Under the pieces are notes generated by a model. The model ran no database searches. It was not told where the DNA came from and saw nothing but the letters and a program-made list of their open reading frames with translations. From Paracoccus suum (GTDB taxonomy: Bacteria; Pseudomonadota; Alphaproteobacteria; Rhodobacterales; Rhodobacteraceae): a DNA stretch of 32,000 nucleotides. The position numbers were made by a program, and so were the translations under genes. The stretch spans positions 2,850,001-2,882,000 of the forward strand of contig NZ_CP030918.1 of NCBI RefSeq assembly GCF_003324675.1, read 5' to 3'. This document shows, one piece after another, positions 26,267 to 32,000 of the stretch (position 1 is its first letter; each line of letters begins with the position of its first letter).

Positions 26267-27004
26267 ATGTTCACCGTTGTCGCGCTTGAGGCGGCCCTGA
26301 ACTTCACCGTGCCACTGTATATCCAGATCGTGCAGGGCCGCTCGCCACTCGCCACCGCCGTCGCCATGCTGCCATTCAACCTGACGGTCTTTTTCGCCGC
26401 GATGTTCGTGGTGCGGTTCTACGCCCGCTTCACCCCGCGCCAGATCGGCCGCGCGGGATTTATCCTGTGCGCGGCGGCGCTGCTGTGGCTGGCCTTCGTG
26501 GTCCGCAACGACTGGAGCGCGGTGCCGGTCCTGTTCGGGCTGATCATGTTCGGCATCGGCCAGGGCGCACTGGTGACGCTGCTGTTCAACGTCCTCGTCA
26601 CCGCCTCGCCGAAGGAACTGGCGGGGGATGTCGGCTCGCTGCGCGGCACGGCGAACAACCTGGCGGCGGCGGTGGGAACGGCCGTGGCCGGCGCCCTGCT
26701 GGTCGGCCTGCTCAGCATGTCGGTCATGCGCCAGCTGTCCGCCAACCCGACCCTTCCCATCGAGGTCCAGTCCCAGGTCGACCTCGAAAGCATCACCTTT
26801 GTCAGCAACGACCACTTGGCCGAGGTGATCGCGGCCACCACCGCAACGCCCGAGCAAAAGGCCGAGGCGCTGCGGATCAACACCGAATCCCGGCTGCTCG
26901 CCCTCAAGATCGGCTTCCTGATCATGGCCGGGCTGGCGCTGATCGCCATCATCCCGGCGGGCGGCCTGCCGAGCTATCGCCCTGGCGAGATCCCCGATAA
27001 CTGA
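26267..27004 (+). CDS. MFS transporter (DHA2-like), C-terminal 6-TMS portion, in the same reading frame as 25382-26263
   Basis: It begins AMFTVVALEAALNFTVPLYIQIVQGRSPLATAVAMLPF, which is the usual continuation of a 14-TMS DHA2 protein. Only TAG-GCG separates it from the N-terminal part. Confidence 0.7.
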   Translation: MFTVVALEAALNFTVPLYIQIVQGRSPLATAVAMLPFNLTVFFAAMFVVRFYARFTPRQIGRAGFILCAAALLWLAFVVRNDWSAVPVLFGLIMFGIGQGALVTLLFNVLVTASPKELAGDVGSLRGTANNLAAAVGTAVAGALLVGLLSMSVMRQLSANPTLPIEVQSQVDLESITFVSNDHLAEVIAATTATPEQKAEALRINTESRLLALKIGFLIMAGLALIAIIPAGGLPSYRPGEIPDN

Positions 27005-27035
27005 GCCGTCGGCAGCAGTCCCCGCCGGCCTTTAG

Positions 27036-27070
27036 ACCCAGCAACCGCCACGGTTGCTGGGTTTTTCTTT
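27036..27070 (+). terminator. Rho-independent terminator after the MFS gene
   Basis: Perfect 11-bp stem ACCCAGCAACC / GGTTGCTGGGT, 5-nt loop, followed by TTTTTCTTT. Confidence 0.85.
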
Positions 27071-27131
27071 GCGGATTCCGGGCGGACGCCCCCGGCAAAG
27101 CATCGGCGCCACCGCTTCAGATTTAATCGTG

Positions 27132-27160
27132 ACGTCATCCGGCCGTCACCAAACTGTCGC
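27132..27160 (+). promoter_or_regulatory. Candidate Pho box (PhoB binding site) upstream of phnC
   Basis: Three direct 7-mers at exact 11-bp phasing: ACGTCAT-ccgg-CCGTCAC-caaa-CTGTCGC. Compare the CTGTCAT-N4-CTGTCAT consensus. The site ends 53 nt before the phnC ATG. Confidence 0.5.
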
Positions 27161-27213
27161 CCGTCCGCCCTTAGTGAGTGCCAACGCCGCGAGCGCGAAG
27201 CCCTGAGGATACG

Positions 27214-28041
27214 ATGCGGATCGAAGCCGTCCGGCTGACGAAGATTTTTGGCACCGCCCGCGCGGTCGATGATGCGAACTTTGTCATCTCGCAGCCCGCC
27301 ATGATCGGCGTGATCGGAAGTTCGGGCGCGGGGAAATCCACCCTGCTGCGGATCATCAACCGCCTTGGCGAAGCTACGGCCGGGCAGTTGCTCGTCGATG
27401 GCCAGGACGTACTGGCCCTGCGCGGCCGCGCCAAGCGCCGCTGGCAGGCCGATTGCGCGATGATCTTTCAGCAGTTCAACCTCGTGCCCCGGCTGGACGT
27501 CGTGCAGAACGTATTGCACGGGCTGCTGGCCCGCCGCGGCACCGTCTCGACCCTGTTCAACCTCTGGCCCGCGGCAGACATCGACCGGGCCGTCGCGATC
27601 CTCGACCGGCTGGGCATTGCCGAGCAGGCCACCAAGCGCGCCGAGGCCCTGTCCGGCGGCCAGCAACAGCGCGTCGCTATTGCGCGCGCGCTGATGCAGG
27701 ACCCCCGCATCATCCTCGCGGACGAGCCGATCGCCAGCCTCGACCCGATGAACGCCCAACTGGTGATGGACAGCCTGCGCGCGATTCACGACCAGGATGG
27801 CCGCACCGTCATCGCCAACCTGCACACGCTCGATACGGCGCGGCGCTACTGCGACCGGATCATCGGCATGCGCAAGGGGCGGATCGTCTTTGACGGCGTG
27901 CCCGCCCAGCTGACCACCTCTGTCGCGCGCGAGATTTACGGCGCCGACGCCAGCTTTTCCGAAGCCGCCACCTCGACCTCGATCGAGCAGGCGCCGGTGC
28001 CGTCGGACGACACCTATGCGGCGCAATTGCTGGCCGACTGA
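27214..28041 (+). CDS. phnC: Phosphonate/phosphate ABC transporter ATP-binding protein PhnC (PhoC-type)
   Basis: [13 protein letters not shown]...[12 protein letters not shown]..., [29 protein letters not shown] and [12 protein letters not shown] are PhnC-like. The track ORF from 27178 is an extension. Confidence 0.9.
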   Translation: MRIEAVRLTKIFGTARAVDDANFVISQPAMIGVIGSSGAGKSTLLRIINRLGEATAGQLLVDGQDVLALRGRAKRRWQADCAMIFQQFNLVPRLDVVQNVLHGLLARRGTVSTLFNLWPAADIDRAVAILDRLGIAEQATKRAEALSGGQQQRVAIARALMQDPRIILADEPIASLDPMNAQLVMDSLRAIHDQDGRTVIANLHTLDTARRYCDRIIGMRKGRIVFDGVPAQLTTSVAREIYGADASFSEAATSTSIEQAPVPSDDTYAAQLLAD

Positions 28042-28071
28042 CCTTTCCGATCCCCTCCAAGGAGCATGAAG

Positions 28072-28992
28072 ATGATGAAGCAGACAACGACGACGCTGGC
28101 CTTGTTAGCCCTGACCTCGGCCTTGGCCGCGCCCTCCTTCGCGCAGGAGATCACCGGCTTCAATATCGGCGTTCTGGGCGGCGAGAACGCGCAGGACCGG
28201 ATGACCTCGAACGAATGCCTGCGCAAATATGCCGAAGAAACGCTGGGCGTTCCGGTCAAGCTGTTCACGCCCGCCGACTATGACGGCGTGATCCAGGGCC
28301 TGCTGGGCGGCTCGCTCGACGCCGCGATCCTGGGTGCGTCGGGCTACGCCAAGACCTACTTGACCGATCCCGAGGCGGTCGAGCCGGTGCTGGTCAAGAC
28401 CAACCTTGACGGCTCGTCGACCTACCACTCGATCGGTTTTGCCCGCAAGGACAGCGGCTTCACCAAGCTCGAGGATGCCAAGGGCAAGGTCCTGGGCTTC
28501 GGCGATCCCAACTCGACCTCGGGCTATCTGGTCCCGGCGGTCGAACTGCCCAAGGCCGGCATGTCGGTCAAGCCCGGCGAGTTCTTCAAGGACGTCAAGT
28601 TCACCGGCGGCCATGAACAGACCATCGTCGCGGTCAAGAACGGCGACGTCGATGCCGGCGTGACCTGGGCCGACGGCCTTGGCGACTGGGAAGACGGCTA
28701 TAATTCGGGCGCGCTGCGCAAGGCGGTCGACGCCGGCCTGGTCGACATGAACGACATGGTTGAACTGTGGAAGTCCTCGCCCATTCCGGAAGGCCCCTGG
28801 GTCGTCCGCAAGAAACTGCCCGAGGACGCCAAGACCAAGTTCGTCGCGCTGGTCGCGGGCCTGATCGAAAAGGACAAGGACTGCGCCTACGGTGTGGCCG
28901 GGGGCGAGACGGCTGGTTTCAAGCCAGTCACGCATGACGCCTACGAGACCATTATCGAGGTGCGTCGCCTCGAGGAAGCCGGCGGCGCCTGA
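28072..28992 (+). CDS. phnD: Phosphonate/phosphate ABC transporter substrate-binding protein PhnD (PhoD-type)
   Basis: Signal peptide ending ...ALAAPSFA, then QEITGFNIGVLGGE... and FGDPNSTSGYLVP, which are PhnD-like. AAGGAG at 28059-28064 favours the ATG at 28072 or 28075 over the track start at 28066. Confidence 0.9.
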   Translation: MMKQTTTTLALLALTSALAAPSFAQEITGFNIGVLGGENAQDRMTSNECLRKYAEETLGVPVKLFTPADYDGVIQGLLGGSLDAAILGASGYAKTYLTDPEAVEPVLVKTNLDGSSTYHSIGFARKDSGFTKLEDAKGKVLGFGDPNSTSGYLVPAVELPKAGMSVKPGEFFKDVKFTGGHEQTIVAVKNGDVDAGVTWADGLGDWEDGYNSGALRKAVDAGLVDMNDMVELWKSSPIPEGPWVVRKKLPEDAKTKFVALVAGLIEKDKDCAYGVAGGETAGFKPVTHDAYETIIEVRRLEEAGGA

Positions 28993-29012
28993 CGCCCTCC
29001 GGCCAGAGGCGC

Positions 29013-29037
29013 GGGGCGGGCGGACAATGCCCGCTCC
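29013..29037 (+). other. Intercistronic hairpin after phnD
   Basis: GGGGCGGGC / GCCCGCTCC (9 bp with one mismatch), 7-nt loop, and a T/C-rich tail CTTTCTTCTT about 14 nt later. It may act as a partial attenuator or stabiliser that enriches SBP mRNA. Confidence 0.35.
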
Positions 29038-29078
29038 GTCGCCCCTGCCCACTTTCTTCTTGCCAGCCCGAGGCCCGA

Positions 29079-29945
29079 ATGCCGGACAGTGTCCACCAGA
29101 TTGCCCGCGGTTATCGCACGCTCGCCGCGCGGCGGCGCAGCTATTCCACGGTGCTCTGGGCCGTGTTTGCGGCCCTGATGATCGCCGGCTTCCGGCTGGC
29201 AGACGCGCGCAACGCCGGCGGGTTCTGGACCGGCCTGCCCCATGTCCTCGACTTTCCGGCCGAACTCGTCTCCGAGGCCGCGGCCAAGGCCAGCAAGCTG
29301 CCCGGCCTGTTCCTCTCGTACCTGCCGGCGCTGCTTGAGACGATCAACATCGCTGCCGTCGCCACCATCATCGGCACATTCGCAGGCGGCGTGTTGGCGC
29401 TGCTGTCCACGCGCGGCCTCGCCCCATGGCCGGCCCTACGTCCCGTCATCCGCCGCATCATGGACATCACCCGCGCCATGCCCGAGATCGTGATTGCGCT
29501 GGTGCTGATCTTCGTCCTTGGCGGCGGCCCGGTTCCGGCAACTCTCGCCATCGCATTCCACAGCGCGGGCGCCTTGGGAAAGCTGTTCTCCGAGGTGGCC
29601 GAAAACGCCAGCCTGAAGCCGGTCGAGGGACTGGAGTCGGTCGGGGCAAACTGGTCGCAGCGGGTGTGGCTGGCGGTAATCCCGCAGGTGGCGCCGAACT
29701 GGCTGAGCTACGCCGCACTGCGGTTCGAGATCAACATTCGCGCAAGCGCGATCCTTGGGTTCGTCGGCGCCGGCGGCATCGGCTACGAACTGCGCAACGC
29801 CATCTCATGGGGCCAGGGCCGTTATGACGCGGCGGCGGCCGTATTCATCCTGCTGTTCGCCACCATCGTTCTGTTCGACCAGCTCAGCTCTACCGCACGC
29901 GATCGGTTGGTCCGCGGGCGCGCCGCAGTCACGGGGCGCATCTGA
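29079..29945 (+). CDS. phnE: Phosphonate/phosphate ABC transporter permease PhnE (PhoE-type)
   Basis: 288 aa, 6-TM permease. ETINIAAVATIIG, RAMPEIVIALVL and GANWSQRV are PhnE-like motifs. Confidence 0.9.
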   Translation: MPDSVHQIARGYRTLAARRRSYSTVLWAVFAALMIAGFRLADARNAGGFWTGLPHVLDFPAELVSEAAAKASKLPGLFLSYLPALLETINIAAVATIIGTFAGGVLALLSTRGLAPWPALRPVIRRIMDITRAMPEIVIALVLIFVLGGGPVPATLAIAFHSAGALGKLFSEVAENASLKPVEGLESVGANWSQRVWLAVIPQVAPNWLSYAALRFEINIRASAILGFVGAGGIGYELRNAISWGQGRYDAAAAVFILLFATIVLFDQLSSTARDRLVRGRAAVTGRI

Positions 29946-31282
29946 TGGCCGCCCTTGACGCCGCGGGGTTGCAAGGCCCCACCTTCGCGGCCCGCCGGGC
30001 AATTGCGCGCCAGCGGCGCCTGTCGTTGGCGTTCCCTGCCCTGCTGCTCGGCTACCTGGTCTATGCCGCGATCAGCTTTGATCTGGCCGGCATCGCGCAG
30101 CGCGCACGCTGGGACAATGGCGCGGTGCTTATGCAGGACTTCTGGTCTTACAAGACCCACGTGACCCGCCAGAACCGCGGAGAGGGACGGATCGAGGTTG
30201 CCATCGAAGGCATGCGCAACGCGACCTTCCGCCCCGAGGCCGAGCCGGATTGGATTGCCCCCCGGCCCGATGGCGGCCGCGAGATCTCCCTGCCGCGCGG
30301 CAATCACGTCACCATTGCCGGCGATGGCGCAGTGCGGCTGATGGTCGATGACCGCAGCTTCGACATAATCCCGACCGGGGATGGCATCGAGGCCGATATC
30401 CCCGACCCGCCGGCGTGGATGAACCTGTCAGACAAACGCCTGACCGCCGATCTGCCGGGGGCGCGGGTGACGCTGACCCGGTCGAAATCCGAGATCTTTC
30501 GCCGCCAGCCCGGCTGGGAATTGTTCTTCTTCGATCTTCAAAGCCCCTTCTATGGGCAATCGCTGCCGCAACTGCTGGGGCTCGCGTTCAGCGGCGACGA
30601 ATTGCGGCCCGGGACGCCCAACATTCAGGCGATGGCACAGGATTTCTGGCGCAACAGCGTCTGGCATCACGGCGAGGTCGCCGGCGCGATGTTCGAGACG
30701 CTGCTGATGGCGTTCCTGGGCACAATGGGCGCGGGCCTTGTTTCGCTACCGCTGGCCTTTGTCGCTGCGTCGAACTTTACCCCGGCGCCCTGGCTGCGGC
30801 AGGTCGTCCGGCGCAGCCTTGACTTCCTGCGCGGAGTCGATGCGCTGATCTGGACCATCGTGCTGTCGCGCGCCTTTGGCCCTGGCCCGCTGACCGGCAG
30901 CCTCGCGATCCTGATGACGGACACCGGCTCGTTCGGAAAGCTGTTCTCGGAGGCGCTGGAGAATATCGACGAAAAGCCGGTCGAGGGGCTGCGCTCGACC
31001 GGCGCCGGCGCGCTCGCCCGCGCGCGCTGGGCGGTCATGCCGCAAGTCAACCCGGTGATCCTGTCACAACTGCTCTATTACCTCGAATCTAACACGCGCA
31101 GCGCGACGATCATCGGCGCGATCACCGGCGGCGGGATTGGCCTTCTGCTGGTGCAGGCGATCCAGACCCAAAAGGACTGGGAGCATGTCGCCTATTACAT
31201 CCTGCTGATCGTCCTGCTGGTGATGGTCATGGACTGGCTGTCCGGGCGTATTCGCGCAAGGCTGATCGGAGAGCGCGCTTAG
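29945..31282 (+). CDS. phnE: Phosphonate/phosphate ABC transporter permease, second PhnE paralogue (PhoT-type) with a long N-terminal extra domain
   Basis: 445 aa. The C-terminal ~200 aa parallel the first PhnE (ETLLMAFLGTMGAG, GVDALIWTIVL, GAGALARARWAVMPQV). The N-terminus has one TM helix plus ~190 non-hydrophobic residues. TGATG junction with the previous gene. Confidence 0.85.
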   Translation: MAALDAAGLQGPTFAARRAIARQRRLSLAFPALLLGYLVYAAISFDLAGIAQRARWDNGAVLMQDFWSYKTHVTRQNRGEGRIEVAIEGMRNATFRPEAEPDWIAPRPDGGREISLPRGNHVTIAGDGAVRLMVDDRSFDIIPTGDGIEADIPDPPAWMNLSDKRLTADLPGARVTLTRSKSEIFRRQPGWELFFFDLQSPFYGQSLPQLLGLAFSGDELRPGTPNIQAMAQDFWRNSVWHHGEVAGAMFETLLMAFLGTMGAGLVSLPLAFVAASNFTPAPWLRQVVRRSLDFLRGVDALIWTIVLSRAFGPGPLTGSLAILMTDTGSFGKLFSEALENIDEKPVEGLRSTGAGALARARWAVMPQVNPVILSQLLYYLESNTRSATIIGAITGGGIGLLLVQAIQTQKDWEHVAYYILLIVLLVMVMDWLSGRIRARLIGERA

Positions 31283-31390
31283 GTTTTCGTCCGCCTCGGC
31301 TGCGCGGCCATCGGGCTAACGGGCGCGCAACACCCCGCCCCGCAACCACGCGCGTTTGCAGGCGCTCGCGCTCCGTGCGGCTGGGCTGTC

Positions 31391-32000
31391 CTACGAAACC
31401 CGCTCCACCTGCCGGCGCACCTCGTCGGCCAGCGGATGCAGGCGCTCGGCGTTTACGGCACCCACGAGGCTGTAGCCCATGCCGCCGGTCGCCCAACTCC
31501 ACCCCGCCACGCCGTTCCGGGCATGGGGCGCCATCAGCTTGTCTTGGTCGACGCTCATCGGCCGGGTCAGCATGACCAGCCGCGTACCGCGGTCGTCGTC
31601 ATACATCAGCATCAAACCCGCACCGTGGGGCGTTGGCACGATCCGCCCACCCATCAGTCTATAGCCGGAGGCAGCGAGGTCCGGGATCGCCGGCGCGCGC
31701 GGCAGGTGCGCGCCGGCCCATGCGACCAATGCCGGCAGGCCATCGGCACGCATCTCGACCGGCTGGATGCGGTCGGGGGAGTAGACGGCAAAGCTGTCGG
31801 CCGCCTCCTGCGCGATCGCCTCGACGCCCTCGGGCGAAGCATGGCCGTGCAGGGACCAGCCGCCGAACCCGCCCAACGCGACCAGCGCCAGCGCGGCCGC
31901 GAGGTTGCGCCATAGCGCGGCCGCGCGACGCGGGGGGTCACGATATGCGCGAGGTTCAGGCGCGTCGGCAGCGGCTCGGCAGCGACCGGGTCCAGCGCCG
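31391..32000 (-). CDS. Membrane anti-sigma-factor-like protein, C-terminal part (5' end outside the window)
   Basis: The frame stays open upstream of the track TTG start to the window edge (...RRAAALWRNLAAALALVALGGFGGWSLHG), which gives a single TM helix. The periplasmic domain ends ...GWSWATGGMGYSLVGAVNAERLHPLADEVRRQV. This resembles ECF anti-sigma factors as I remember them and has not been checked. Confidence 0.5.
   Translation of the reverse strand, partial: GAGPGRCRAAADAPEPRAYRDPPRRAAALWRNLAAALALVALGGFGGWSLHGHASPEGVEAIAQEAADSFAVYSPDRIQPVEMRADGLPALVAWAGAHLPRAPAIPDLAASGYRLMGGRIVPTPHGAGLMLMYDDDRGTRLVMLTRPMSVDQDKLMAPHARNGVAGWSWATGGMGYSLVGAVNAERLHPLADEVRRQVERVS

Noticed and set aside
1-32000. 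Scan for CRISPR repeats, IS or transposase/integrase genes, tRNA/rRNA genes, toxin-antitoxin pairs and recognisable defence genes.
   Set aside because: I could see none by eye. Nearly all ORFs with coding character have transport or metabolic identities. The only direct repeats noted are short (a 9-bp CCCCTTTGG occurs twice at about 10648 and 10694) and are probably chance.

Overview
This is a visibly GC-rich, gene-dense chromosomal segment that looks alphaproteobacterial (Rhodobacteraceae-like; this is an inference from gene content). It encodes metabolism and transport almost wall to wall. I found no rRNA, tRNA, CRISPR array, transposase, integrase, phage gene or recognisable defence gene.

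Gene order:
1. A translationally coupled thiamine operon on the + strand: thiC (3' end only), thiO, thiS, thiG, thiE, thiF (fused to a rhodanese domain), thiD.
2. A minus-strand operon with a family-5 solute-binding protein, two permeases and two ATPases of the peptide (Dpp/Opp) ABC type. It ends in a TauE/SafE-family membrane protein whose GTG start overlaps the last ATPase stop.
3. Divergent from (2), a plus-strand trio: a D-threonine-aldolase/D-serine-dehydratase-family PLP enzyme, a creatininase-family amidohydrolase, and a clear DppA orthologue followed by a strong terminator.
4. A TetR gene divergent from a tight 7-gene operon: DapA/NAL-family lyase, atypical SDR, tctC, a cytoplasmic DMSO-reductase-family (BisC-like) molybdoenzyme, tctB, tctA, and a DadA-like flavoenzyme.
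5. A 420-bp non-coding gap, then glutaminase glsA.
6. A 14-TMS MFS transporter cut by one in-frame TAG, followed by a terminator.
7. A Pho-box-like repeat and a phnC-phnD-phnE-phnE (phoCDET-type) transporter.
8. The 3' part of a minus-strand membrane anti-sigma-like gene that runs off the window.

The two most unusual items are the molybdoenzyme wired into a TTT transporter operon and the peptide-ABC/TauE/PLP/creatininase divergon. Neither matches a pathway I can name. All functional calls come from reading the translations by eye, with no database search.
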